Below the pieces are notes generated by a model. It saw only the letters and a program-made list of their open reading frames with translations. It had not been told where the DNA came from and ran no database searches. The translations under genes were made by a program, and so were the position numbers. Below, piece after piece: positions 45,456-55,272 of a stretch of 64,000 nucleotides of DNA. Source of the stretch: Bacilli bacterium (GTDB lineage: Bacteria > Bacillota_I > Bacilli_A > RFN20 > CAG-826). Where the stretch lies: assembly GCA_022653695.1 (NCBI GenBank), contig JALCSW010000001.1:53979-117978 (forward strand), given 5' to 3'. Position 1 is the stretch's first letter. Each line of letters opens with the position of its first letter.

Positions 45456-46958
45456 TTATGCGTGCCCTTCGTAGACAAGGGAGACGTCGTCGAAGCAGGC
45501 GCTGCCGCTGGAGGCGACGAGACGAACCTCAAGGGTTTTGGCCTTAGCGGGGACCGTGATCTCGCCGGAATAGGTCTTGTAAGCGTCGGCGGAATCGATG
45601 GCGATCGTGGTCGCGGGGGCCACGTCAAGCCCCAAACGGCTGAGATAATGGATCTCAAGGGCTCCGGCGCCGGAGGCAACGTTCTTCCCGGCGAACGAAT
45701 AGCGGTATCGGTAGCCTTCGTAGGCACTGCCGATATTCTGGGCGAAAATCATCGGCTCGGTCGCGGCGGCGGTCAGCCGCAAGGCCTTCGATCCGCTCGC
45801 GGAATCGCTCACGAACTCGCTGGTCCCGTCCCCGGCGTCGCTCTTGAGCCAACCCATGTAAGACGAGTCTTGCCTAGCAATCGCGCTGCGCTCCATGTCG
45901 CCGTTAGAAAGGCGATTGGCGTTTTTGACGTCGGAATAATCGATCGAATCGATTCCGGCCATCGAGGGGTCGACTTGCGTGTAACCGGCTTTGGCTCGCG
46001 ACTCCTCGTAATACTGCGTTTCGTCGAAGGCGGTGTACTTGATGGATTTGACGAGCATGAAATCCTCGTCGAAGGCCGCCATGTTGGTCCAGTTGGGGAA
46101 CCACAGCCCGATCCATAGCGGCATGTCGATGTCGGTGACGACGCCTCCGCTCACGGAAGCGATGCAGACACCATCGACGAACCAATCGACTTTGCCTTTG
46201 TCGGTGCCGTTGTAATTGGTGTACCAATCGAAGGTGTACTTATGGAAACTGCCGTCGTTCAGATAGCAAAGCGATGAAGTGTCCACGTTGACGGTCTGCT
46301 TGTTGGTCTTTTTGGTCCAGCTCGTGCACCACTCATGGGAAAAGGTGTCTTTCTCCGCCTCCCCGCCGATCTCGATGTCGATCTCGTTTTGGGACGTGTT
46401 CTCGTTTCCGGTCTCACATAGGTAGGTCCACATGGCCGAAACGCCGCCATAGCGTGGCATCGCCGCCATATCGATCTCATAGCGGCCCGGCGCCAAGTGG
46501 TTCTTGCTGATCAGGCATCCGCCCTCGGGCAGGATATAGCCATTCGCATCGACTTTGCTGTCGGAAGATGAGCTATACATGCCGCGGCCTTTGATGCCGA
46601 GGTAGGTTTCGTCACCATCCTTAACATAATAGAGGTTACGCGCCTGAACCCCGTTATGGGGATAAGAAGTCGCGTCGTTCTGCCACACGCCGGATAGGGC
46701 GTTCCAATAATCGTCGTTAAGAGCCCCTCCGCTTAGTTCCTCGTCGATATTGAGGTCGCATCCCGCGTCGAAGCCAACGCGGGTATTCACGTGATCGTAA
46801 TAGGCCGTCCCGTTAAACGGGGTGTCGTCAAGATCGGGTTCAAGGCCGCTTGAGGAAACGGCGGAAGAGCCCAAACTTGAGGCTTCGCCACAGGCGGCCA
46901 AAGGCAAAAACGCGAGGGCGGAGATCAGAAGGGCGAAAGGCTTTTTATTTGGTTTCAT
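45456..46958 (-). CDS. GH16 lipoprotein (ExDxE type) with C-terminal CBM4-like domain
   Basis: LAAC lipobox, NEIDIEIG catalytic motif, FHKYTFDW, WFVDG, C-terminal NRLSNGDME...FDDVSL. Confidence 0.8.
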   Translation of the reverse strand: MKPNKKPFALLISALAFLPLAACGEASSLGSSAVSSSGLEPDLDDTPFNGTAYYDHVNTRVGFDAGCDLNIDEELSGGALNDDYWNALSGVWQNDATSYPHNGVQARNLYYVKDGDETYLGIKGRGMYSSSSDSKVDANGYILPEGGCLISKNHLAPGRYEIDMAAMPRYGGVSAMWTYLCETGNENTSQNEIDIEIGGEAEKDTFSHEWCTSWTKKTNKQTVNVDTSSLCYLNDGSFHKYTFDWYTNYNGTDKGKVDWFVDGVCIASVSGGVVTDIDMPLWIGLWFPNWTNMAAFDEDFMLVKSIKYTAFDETQYYEESRAKAGYTQVDPSMAGIDSIDYSDVKNANRLSNGDMERSAIARQDSSYMGWLKSDAGDGTSEFVSDSASGSKALRLTAAATEPMIFAQNIGSAYEGYRYRYSFAGKNVASGAGALEIHYLSRLGLDVAPATTIAIDSADAYKTYSGEITVPAKAKTLEVRLVASSGSACFDDVSLVYEGHA

Positions 46959-46965
46959 GCTTGTT

Positions 46966-46985
46966 TTGGGAAATCGGTTTCTCTA
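46966..46985. promoter_or_regulatory. LacI-family operator, copy 3
   Basis: TTGGGAAATCGGTTTCTCTA, 7 bp from the GH16 start. Confidence 0.7.
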
Positions 46986-47036
46986 ATCAAAATATAACTT
47001 GTATTCGGTCCTTTTACAACATGCGATTTGAAAAAG

Positions 47037-47087
47037 TGAAAGCGCTTCCTGAATTTCGTTGACGGGAAGCCGTCCCATCCATATAAT
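47037..47087 (+). promoter_or_regulatory. cre-like site plus sigma-A promoter of the ABC operon
   Basis: TGAAAGCGCTTCCT (47037-47050), TTGACG (47059)-N17-TATAAT (47082). Confidence 0.8.
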
Positions 47088-47095
47088 GAGATCGG

Positions 47096-47115
47096 TTAGG
47101 AAATCGATTTCTTAA
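47096..47115. promoter_or_regulatory. LacI-family operator, copy 4
   Basis: TTAGGAAATCGATTTCTTAA palindrome at the predicted +1. Confidence 0.8.
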
Positions 47116-47136
47116 ACCCTTAAGGAGAAGAGCAAA

Positions 47137-48612
47137 ATGAGTAAAAAACATGGATTGTCCGCCTTTATCATGGGATTGGCCCTAACGGCTTCTTTGGCCG
47201 CTTGCGGCGATACGAGCGGAGCGGCGAACTCCGGAGCCGGACGCAGTTCCAACGGCGGTTCGAACGATGAATTGTGGATCTGTGTCTACGATGGCGGATA
47301 TGGAACCCAATGGTTGAAGGACGTCGGCGCGGAATTCACCGCGGCGACCGGCATCAGCGTCCATTATGATGCCGACACCTCTCTTCTCGACCGCATCGAA
47401 AGCGCCCTCCGAGACGGGGGCGATTACGATCTCTATATGTCGCACGGCCTCAACTGGCAAACCTACGCCGCCAACGGCTGGCTCGCCTCGCTTGACGACG
47501 TTTATTCAAGCCCGGTCGAAGGCTTCAACGGCACTTTTGCCGACCGCGTGATCAATGGGGCCGGCGATTTCAGCAAAACGATCGGAAAAGACAACGCGGA
47601 GCATTATTACAAAGCCTGCTACACCCAAGGAGCCGGCGGCTTCGTCTATAACATGAACATGTTCGAGAAAAACGGCTGGAGCGTCCCGAAGACTTATGCC
47701 GATCTGGTCAACCTTTGCGGCACGATCAATGCCGCGGGGCTTAAGAACGCCCTCAATAAACCCGTCAGGCCTTTCGCCTGGAGCGGAAGAGACCGCGAGT
47801 ATTACTGGGACTATCCGCTATTCGAATGGTGGGCTCAGTTAGCCGGCGTCGACAAAGTCGAAACCGTCCATAAGTACCTCGGTCCGACCGGGCAGTACTC
47901 CGACGGCTACGAAATGTATAACCCCAACACCTATTACAAGGAGTTCATGCAGGCTTACGATATGTGGTACGACCTCATCGGAAACAATAGCGGCAATTAT
48001 TGCACGAACGACTATTCGGCGACCCTAAGCACCGCCAAAGCCGAATTCATCACCGGACAAGCCGCGATGATCCCTTACGCCCAATGGGCCAAATACGAAC
48101 TCGAGGAGCTCAACGACGGGCCGCTCGATTTCAACATCGCCATGATGCCGACCCCGAAGGCCACCGCTTCCTCGATCGACGTCAACTACCGCGTCGGCTT
48201 CGGCGATTCCATGATCGTCCCTTCCAACGCCGTCAACGTGAGCGCCGCCAAGAAATTCATCAACTTCATGGCTACCGAACAAGCCTGCAAGACTTTTGTC
48301 AAGGATAGCCGCGGCGCCTTCCTCGCCTTCAACTATGGCGACATCGACATGAGCGACATCGAAAAGGACGATCCTTATATCAAGAGCGTTCATCAGAAAG
48401 TCAATTTCACGGGTATCAGCGACGCTTCGACGAACCCCATCACCTATCGCAACATCAACTGCGTCATGCCGTGGGTCCTTAACAAGTACTACTACAAGAG
48501 TTGCTGCAGCGATCCCTCGAACTTCACCGCTTCCAAAGTCGGCGCCGAGGTTTACGCGACCGCCAAAGAAAACTGGGCCACCTGGCTCCGCAACGCCTCC
48601 CTTAGCGACTAA
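47137..48612 (+). CDS. Carbohydrate ABC transporter substrate-binding lipoprotein
   Basis: LAAC lipobox, GGYGTQWL, GFVYNMNMFEKNGW, AKKFINFM; upstream of two permeases. Confidence 0.88.
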   Translation: MSKKHGLSAFIMGLALTASLAACGDTSGAANSGAGRSSNGGSNDELWICVYDGGYGTQWLKDVGAEFTAATGISVHYDADTSLLDRIESALRDGGDYDLYMSHGLNWQTYAANGWLASLDDVYSSPVEGFNGTFADRVINGAGDFSKTIGKDNAEHYYKACYTQGAGGFVYNMNMFEKNGWSVPKTYADLVNLCGTINAAGLKNALNKPVRPFAWSGRDREYYWDYPLFEWWAQLAGVDKVETVHKYLGPTGQYSDGYEMYNPNTYYKEFMQAYDMWYDLIGNNSGNYCTNDYSATLSTAKAEFITGQAAMIPYAQWAKYELEELNDGPLDFNIAMMPTPKATASSIDVNYRVGFGDSMIVPSNAVNVSAAKKFINFMATEQACKTFVKDSRGAFLAFNYGDIDMSDIEKDDPYIKSVHQKVNFTGISDASTNPITYRNINCVMPWVLNKYYYKSCCSDPSNFTASKVGAEVYATAKENWATWLRNASLSD

Positions 48613-48621
48613 GGTGCCCTT

Positions 48622-49641
48622 ATGACCAAACTCGCGGCGCCGGTAATCGAAGCAAAAGTGGCCCCCGCTCCCAAAAAGCGGAAGGCCCACAAGGGGAACT
48701 GGAAGACATATCTCTTCGTCTTTCTCATGCTTCTTTACCCGCTCGCGCAGTTCTGCCTCATGTGGTTCGGGGTCAATATCAATTCGATTTTCCTGACCTT
48801 CAAATCCATTGATCCGGCCACGAACGTCCTTACGTGGAATCTTTCGATTCCCTATCTTTGGGAGCAGGAAGGCGATGCGTTTGGGGTGTTCTTCTACAAT
48901 TACAAGACCCTGTTCCTCAGCCTTACGACCAAAACGGTTAGCGATATGTTCCTATCATCCTTCGCCTATTTGGTCATCTCTTGCTTCGTCACCCTCCCGA
49001 TCGCTCTCTTCATGAGCTATTTCATCTTCAAAAAGATTATCGGGGCCTCCTTTTACAAAACCATCTTTTTCATCCCTTCGATCTTCCCGCTGTTCATCCT
49101 TTGCCTCGTGTTCTCGCTGTCTTTGTCCTCAAGCGGGGGCATCATCCCGGGGATACTTAGCAAAATGGGAATCGATTACGGCGATTTCTTCAACAACATC
49201 TTCCTCGGCGAAAACGTCGGCGACAGCGCTTCATGGGCCGTGTGGGTCTTCTTCCTTTGGAGCGGGCTCGGTTACGACATCATCCTTTTGACCGCCGGCA
49301 TGAGCCGCATTCCGCGGGATATTTTGGAAAGCTGCCGCATGGATGGCGTGAGTCCGATGAAAGAGTTTTTCCGGATCATCGTACCCCTCACTTGGCCCAC
49401 CATAACCACCCTTTTCATCTTCGGCATGATGGCCATCTTCAGCACCACCTTCCAGCCTTTCTTCCTTACGAGCGGCCGCTACGCGACCATGACGATCGGC
49501 TTGCAGATATACCAGTCGAGCCAAGGAACGGCCTTGCAAACGCCGGCCACTTTAGGTCTCTTCTGCTCATTGGTGGCCGCTCCGGTCATCATCGCGACGC
49601 GCAACGGACTCAACCGCTGCTTCAAGAACGTGGGGTTTTGA
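48622..49641 (+). CDS. Carbohydrate ABC transporter permease (MalF-like)
   Basis: IPRDILESCRMDG EAA loop, multiple TM. Confidence 0.88.
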   Translation: MTKLAAPVIEAKVAPAPKKRKAHKGNWKTYLFVFLMLLYPLAQFCLMWFGVNINSIFLTFKSIDPATNVLTWNLSIPYLWEQEGDAFGVFFYNYKTLFLSLTTKTVSDMFLSSFAYLVISCFVTLPIALFMSYFIFKKIIGASFYKTIFFIPSIFPLFILCLVFSLSLSSSGGIIPGILSKMGIDYGDFFNNIFLGENVGDSASWAVWVFFLWSGLGYDIILLTAGMSRIPRDILESCRMDGVSPMKEFFRIIVPLTWPTITTLFIFGMMAIFSTTFQPFFLTSGRYATMTIGLQIYQSSQGTALQTPATLGLFCSLVAAPVIIATRNGLNRCFKNVGF

Positions 49642-49644
49642 TTT

Positions 49645-50592
49645 ATGGGTCCAGCCACTTGGTTTAAAAAGAAATTCCGCGCTCGGCGCGAGGAGTCGCG
49701 CCAAACTTCCTACGAGAGAAAGCACGACATCCTTTATAAGCGCAAAGGAGGCGAGAAAGTTCTCTTCATCGTCATGGGGGTTATCTTCGTCGTCTTCGCG
49801 ATCACCTTCATTTTCCCCTTCCTTTGGATCCTCATGAATTCCTTCAAGGGCAAACTCGAGTTCGCCATGGATTTCATGGGTTGGCCGGTGGCCTGGAACT
49901 GGAGCAATTTCGCCAAGGCCGTCACGTTCCAAAGCGCCGAAACGCATAACTACACCGTCTTCCAAATGATGGGCATGAGCTTGCTCGTCGCCGGCGGAGG
50001 AACCCTCGCCACGGTCATCACTTCCAGCTGCGCGGCCTACGTGGTCGCCAAATACAAGTTCCCCGGGCGCGGCCTCATCTTCAGCGTCGTCATCTTCTCG
50101 ATGATCATCCCGATCGTCGGTTCCTTGCCTTCTCAGATCCAACTTATGCGGGCGATGGGCCTCGATAACACCGTCATCGGTTTGATATTCCTTTATTCAG
50201 GCGGCTTCGGCAGCAATTTCCTGCTCCTATACGGTTTCTTCAAAAACCTCAGTTGGACCTACGTCGAGGCGGCCAAGATCGATGGGGCCAGCGACTTCCG
50301 CATCTTCCTGCAGATCATCCTTCCGATGGCCAAAGGCCCGATCACCGCGGTCGGCATCCTCTCGCTCATCGGACTATGGAACGATTACTTCAACCCATCC
50401 ATCTTCCTTTCCAAACAACCCACGATCGCGGTCGGCATCTATTACATGCAGAACGCGATGCTCGAGACGAAAGGCAACTACCCAATGTTCTTCGCCACCG
50501 TCATCATCACCCTGATTCCGATTCTGCTGGTCTTCCTTTGCTTCAGCAAAACCATCATGGAGAACACCTCCGTCGGTGGCTTAAAAGGATAA
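49645..50592 (+). CDS. Carbohydrate ABC transporter permease (MalG-like)
   Basis: PFLWILMNSFK, YVEAAKIDGAS, WNDYF, GGLKG. Confidence 0.92.
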   Translation: MGPATWFKKKFRARREESRQTSYERKHDILYKRKGGEKVLFIVMGVIFVVFAITFIFPFLWILMNSFKGKLEFAMDFMGWPVAWNWSNFAKAVTFQSAETHNYTVFQMMGMSLLVAGGGTLATVITSSCAAYVVAKYKFPGRGLIFSVVIFSMIIPIVGSLPSQIQLMRAMGLDNTVIGLIFLYSGGFGSNFLLLYGFFKNLSWTYVEAAKIDGASDFRIFLQIILPMAKGPITAVGILSLIGLWNDYFNPSIFLSKQPTIAVGIYYMQNAMLETKGNYPMFFATVIITLIPILLVFLCFSKTIMENTSVGGLKG

Positions 50593-50620
50593 TAACTAAT
50601 TTCATGAAAGGAGAAAAACA

Positions 50621-52090
50621 ATGAAAAAAGTTACAAAAAACGCTACGTTCGCTTTGCTAGTCGCCTTCGCTCTCGTCGGGGCCGCCTCGTGTTCCTGCAA
50701 AAGCGTCGGTACCTCGGGGGAATCCGCTGGAACGTCCGGCGGAAACTCCGGATCGCCCACCCCGAGCGCCCAGGTCTTCAAAGACAATAAGGCCTATTAC
50801 GACACAAGCGCGGACGCTTATGACCTGAGCGTGGAAACGGGCCTTACCGGAGAGGCGACTTCCGTCAAAGTCGGGCGGAGCGAAGCCAGCGCGGATCAGT
50901 ACTCACTCGACGGCAACGGGGTCTTGACCCTTTCCGGGTCCTTCTTGTCAAGCCTTAACGCCGGCGAGAAGGAAGTCTCCCTCGTCGCGGGAGGCAAGAA
51001 AGCCACCATCGACCTCTTCATGGCCACCAAAGTCATCAAAACCGCCGACGAGTTTCAGGCCATCAACGACGATTTGACCGGTTATTACGTCCTTGGCAAC
51101 GACATCGACCTGTCCTCGATTCAAAACTTCGAGCCTTTGGGCAAGTATTGGAGCGAAACGGACACCAACAACGCTTATTTCCATGGCATCCTCGAGGGCA
51201 ACGGTCACACGATCGAGAACGCCAACGTCCTCTATAGCGACAGCGTCGCCACCAATTACAACGTCTATAGCAACAGCGGGAATTACAAGTTCGACTTAAG
51301 CTGCCACTCGGCCGGTGACAACATCGGCCTCTTCCAGATCATTGGCAGCTCCGGCGTCGTCCGCGATTGCAATTTCAAGAACATCAAAGTGCGGGGCCGC
51401 ACGATTTGCGGGGTCATCGCCGGCAACTGCTCCGGAACGGTCTACAACTGCCATATCGACAGCTCCTGCTCCGTTGAGATGGGCACCCACTTCTACGACG
51501 ACGACTGCAATATGGGCGGGGCCTTCGGCATCGTGGCCGGAACCGGGAACGTGTACAACCTCGTCAGCGAGGTCACGAGCCTGACCCTTGGGGCGACCGG
51601 TTCGAGCACCGTCAACGGGGTCTCGGTCGAAAAAGCCGGCATCTTCTTGGACTGGGATGACGATTACATCGGCCAAACCGGCAACGGCTGGGACCATGGC
51701 GAAGGCACCGACAACCCCTGGTGGAAGTTCTGCGGGGTCGACAAAGTCAACTCCAGCAGCGTCGCTTATACCGACAGCAACGGCGCCCCCACCAACGGCG
51801 AATACGCTTTCGTCGGCAAGTGCTGGGGCAACGTCAGCGACTGCGTCGCGAAAGCCTTCAACGTCGTGCCGATGGACGGATCGGCGAGACCGATTTATTT
51901 CGGGCAAACCCATCTCGGAGCCAACAAACCCACGAGCGGAGAGAGCGATCTCGGATCGCTGACCGACGATGTCCTTCTCGATTCCTCCGGCCTTAAGACG
52001 GCTTCCAACTACGCAAGCTTCGATAACGAGGTCTGGAACATCCAAGACGGCTCGGTCCCAAGCCTCAACGCCTATTACGAATTCGAATAA
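50621..52090 (+). CDS. Lipoprotein with X2-like Ig domain and GLUG/beta-helix-like domain, function unknown
   Basis: ASCSC lipobox; YSLDGNGVLTLSGSFLSSL; YYVLGNDIDLS...FHGILEGNGHTIEN...IGLF. Confidence 0.7.
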   Translation: MKKVTKNATFALLVAFALVGAASCSCKSVGTSGESAGTSGGNSGSPTPSAQVFKDNKAYYDTSADAYDLSVETGLTGEATSVKVGRSEASADQYSLDGNGVLTLSGSFLSSLNAGEKEVSLVAGGKKATIDLFMATKVIKTADEFQAINDDLTGYYVLGNDIDLSSIQNFEPLGKYWSETDTNNAYFHGILEGNGHTIENANVLYSDSVATNYNVYSNSGNYKFDLSCHSAGDNIGLFQIIGSSGVVRDCNFKNIKVRGRTICGVIAGNCSGTVYNCHIDSSCSVEMGTHFYDDDCNMGGAFGIVAGTGNVYNLVSEVTSLTLGATGSSTVNGVSVEKAGIFLDWDDDYIGQTGNGWDHGEGTDNPWWKFCGVDKVNSSSVAYTDSNGAPTNGEYAFVGKCWGNVSDCVAKAFNVVPMDGSARPIYFGQTHLGANKPTSGESDLGSLTDDVLLDSSGLKTASNYASFDNEVWNIQDGSVPSLNAYYEFE

Positions 52091-52140
52091 ACGGTTCTGG
52101 CCGCCCTTGTGGCGGCCCTCCCAAAAAGAGGATCAACATC

Positions 52141-55100
52141 ATGGTGAAATACGGATATAAAAACGATTCCTTTATCATTAAGGATTATCAGAAGGCGAAG
52201 ACTTTCGCTTCTTTTCTCCCGGCCGTCGCCGGGGTCGACGGAAAGCCTTTGTGGGCTTTCTACGCGAACGTCGGGCAAGCCATGGGTGGGTTCGGAGTGA
52301 CTTCGAAAGACACTCCGATAACCCCCTTTGACAGCGCCAACCTCGCCTATCAGAACATCCCAATCCGTTCCTTCCGAACGTTTTTGAAGGTCAACGGCAA
52401 AACATACGCGCCTTTCTTCCCGGGCAACGGGGGAAAAGACGACATGGCGATCCGCCGCAGCGACTTCTCAATCAGCGAGAAAGGCCCCGGCTACGCCATG
52501 AAAATCACTTATTTCACCGTCCCCCACCAAAACTATGCGGCGTTGATCCGCAAGGTAACCTACAAGAACCTCGGCAAGAGTGCGGCGAAATTCGTCGCCC
52601 TCGACGGCGTTCCCGTCTTTTTCCCGCATGGGCTCAGCAACGTCTGCTATAAGGAACTCGTTTCCCTCATGGCGGCCTATTGTCAGGTTTATGGCCTCAA
52701 GGACAGGCGGCCGTTCATAAAATTCAAGACCTCGACCGGGGACAACTCGGTCGTCAAGGAAGCGGTGTCCGGCAACGGTTTCTTCGCCAAAGACGAAGAG
52801 GGTCGCCTCTTGCCCGATATCGTCGATCCTTCATCCGTCTTTGGGGACGACCTCTCGCTTCTTTCGGCCGCCCCGTTTGTCGAGAAAAGCCCAAAGGCCT
52901 TTTTATCGGGCGATCAGCAAACCGAAAACAAACTCCCTTGCGCTTTCTCGCTTTTCGAGAGAAAACTGCTTCCCGACGAAGAAGCCTCGGTCTATGAAGT
53001 CTATGGCATGTTCGACAGCGTCGAAGCTTTTCACGCGGCTGAGAAAGGCCTGAGGGTCGCTCACATCGAGGAACTCCAAAAGGAAAACGCCAAATTGATC
53101 GAAGAGTTGCTCGCCCCGGCGAGCTGCCACACGGCGAACCCCCTTTTCGACGATTACCTCAAGCAAAGTTATCTCGATAACGATTTGCGTGGGGGTTTCC
53201 CCGTCCTGCTCGACGACAAGAAAGACGGGCAGGTCTACTACGTCTATGGCCGCAAGCACGGCGACATGGAGCGTGACTACAACGCTTTTAACATCCCCTC
53301 CCGCTACTATAGTTCGGGCCCGGGCAATTTCCGCGACGTCAACCAAAACCGCCGCACCGACCTTTTCTTCCATCCTTTCGTGGGCGATTACAACATTCGC
53401 CTCTTCTTTAACCTCATCCAAGCCGATGGACAGAACCCCCTCAACGTCAAGCCGGAGGTTTTTTGCCTTAACAAAGGGGCGGATCTTTCCTTTCTAGGCA
53501 AGGAGACGAAAGACGAACGACTGCTAAAAATCGCCGCCAAATATGAGCCAAGCGACCTTTACGCCTACCTCAAGGACACGATGGGACTCACCAACGAAAA
53601 GGCCAACGAAATCCTCGCCGACTTCCTTAGCGTCTCCCACCAAGAAATAGAAGCCAACTTCGCGGAAGGGTATTGGGTCGACCATTGGACGTACAACGTC
53701 GACCTGCTCGAGAATTACAGCGCCATTTTCCCCGATAAGGAGGAATCGCTCCTCTTCGCGCCCGGCTATCGCTACTTCTATAGCCCCGTCTACGTCGAAC
53801 CGCGCAGCGAGAAAACGTGCCTGCTCAGCGACGGAAGGATCCGCCAATACGGCGCCATCGACCTTAAAAAACTCAAGGACGTCTGCGAGAAAAAGCATTT
53901 CGACATCAAGAAAACGGCATGGCTCGCCGACAAAAACGGGAAAGAGATAAACGTCGATCTGGCCTCGAAGATCATCAATCTCGCCCTCGTCAAATTCAGC
54001 GCCCTCGACACCCAGCAGATGGGCATCGAGATGGAATGCGAGAAACCAGGCTGGAACGACGCGATGAACGGCTTGCCTGGGCTCTTTTCAAGCGGCCTTT
54101 CGGAATCCGTCGAACTTCTGCGCCTCGTCCGTTACGCCCGGAAGCATCTGTCCCCATTCGGGAAACGCGATCTTTCCTTCCTTGAGGAACAATACGCCCT
54201 TTACGAGGTCATCAAGGAAAAGCTACCCTCGCTCATGAAAGGCGAACTCGCCCCCTTTTCCTATTGGGACGCGGTCACATCGGCGCGCGAAAAGATGCGC
54301 CTCGCCCTCAAGGACCGAGCCGAAGGAAACGTCATCAAGGTCTCCGTCTCTGAAATCCTTCCCCTTCTGGATAGCATGGACGAAACCCTTGAGAAAGGGA
54401 TCCAAAAGGCCAAAGCGATCGGAAACGGCATTCTCCCCAGTTACCTCATTTACGACGTCGCGTCCTACGAGAAAACCGACCATGTCAACCACCTTGGCTT
54501 CCTAACCGTCAAGGCGACCTCTTTCTCTTTACGGACGATCCCGCCCTTCCTCGAGGCTAGCGCGCGCGCCCTTAAACTCGGCCCGAAAACCATTACTCAT
54601 GAGGATTGCCTTCGCATCAAGCAAAGCGACCTCTACGACAAGACGTTCCGTTTCTACAAGACCTGCTCCTCTCTCGATAAGGCCCCCTTTGAAATCGGCC
54701 GCGTCCACGCTTTCACGAAAGGCTGGCTGGAGCGGGAATGCAACTTCCTCCATATGTCCTATAAATATATGCTTGGCCTATTGACCGCCGGCTATTACGA
54801 GGATTTCTATAAGGAAATCAAAACCAATTTCGTGGTTTTCATGGACCCGAAGGTTTACGGGCGCAGCCCCATCGAGGCTTCCAGTTTCGTCGTTCCCAGT
54901 TGCAACCCCGACGCGAGCAAACGCGGCGAGGGTTTCTTCGCCCGCCTCACGGGGGCCAACGCCGAGTTCCTCAACATGTACATGCTGATGTTCGCGGGAC
55001 CCACCATTTTCGAAATGGATCATGGGAAACTCGTTTTCTCCCTTTCGCCGAAGCTTTCCAAGGATTTCTTCGACCAAAAGGACGAGGTTTCCTTCCTTCT

Positions 55101-55272
55101 TTTCGGAAAGACGAAAGTCACCTACCATAACCCCAGGCGGATCGATTGCTATAAGGGAGCCAAACTGAGATACGCGATCGGCGGGGAGGTCTACGAGAAA
55201 GTCGAAGGCCCGCTCGCGGAAAACGTCCGCGAAGGCGGAGTCAAAAACATCTACGTGGAGATCAGCCGATGA
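52141..55272 (+). CDS. Beta-1,3-glucan phosphorylase, GH161-like
   Basis: FASFLPAVAG, RKHGDMERDYN, GNFRDVNQNRR, WVDHWTYNVDL, KPGWNDAMNGLPGL, GWLERE..FLHMSYKY; 1043 aa, no signal peptide. Confidence 0.82.
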   Translation: MVKYGYKNDSFIIKDYQKAKTFASFLPAVAGVDGKPLWAFYANVGQAMGGFGVTSKDTPITPFDSANLAYQNIPIRSFRTFLKVNGKTYAPFFPGNGGKDDMAIRRSDFSISEKGPGYAMKITYFTVPHQNYAALIRKVTYKNLGKSAAKFVALDGVPVFFPHGLSNVCYKELVSLMAAYCQVYGLKDRRPFIKFKTSTGDNSVVKEAVSGNGFFAKDEEGRLLPDIVDPSSVFGDDLSLLSAAPFVEKSPKAFLSGDQQTENKLPCAFSLFERKLLPDEEASVYEVYGMFDSVEAFHAAEKGLRVAHIEELQKENAKLIEELLAPASCHTANPLFDDYLKQSYLDNDLRGGFPVLLDDKKDGQVYYVYGRKHGDMERDYNAFNIPSRYYSSGPGNFRDVNQNRRTDLFFHPFVGDYNIRLFFNLIQADGQNPLNVKPEVFCLNKGADLSFLGKETKDERLLKIAAKYEPSDLYAYLKDTMGLTNEKANEILADFLSVSHQEIEANFAEGYWVDHWTYNVDLLENYSAIFPDKEESLLFAPGYRYFYSPVYVEPRSEKTCLLSDGRIRQYGAIDLKKLKDVCEKKHFDIKKTAWLADKNGKEINVDLASKIINLALVKFSALDTQQMGIEMECEKPGWNDAMNGLPGLFSSGLSESVELLRLVRYARKHLSPFGKRDLSFLEEQYALYEVIKEKLPSLMKGELAPFSYWDAVTSAREKMRLALKDRAEGNVIKVSVSEILPLLDSMDETLEKGIQKAKAIGNGILPSYLIYDVASYEKTDHVNHLGFLTVKATSFSLRTIPPFLEASARALKLGPKTITHEDCLRIKQSDLYDKTFRFYKTCSSLDKAPFEIGRVHAFTKGWLERECNFLHMSYKYMLGLLTAGYYEDFYKEIKTNFVVFMDPKVYGRSPIEASSFVVPSCNPDASKRGEGFFARLTGANAEFLNMYMLMFAGPTIFEMDHGKLVFSLSPKLSKDFFDQKDEVSFLLFGKTKVTYHNPRRIDCYKGAKLRYAIGGEVYEKVEGPLAENVREGGVKNIYVEISR

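Noticed and set aside
50621..52090. Cellulosome-like scaffoldin, suggested by the X2-like domain
   Set aside because: No cohesin repeats here and no dockerin duplications in the enzymes
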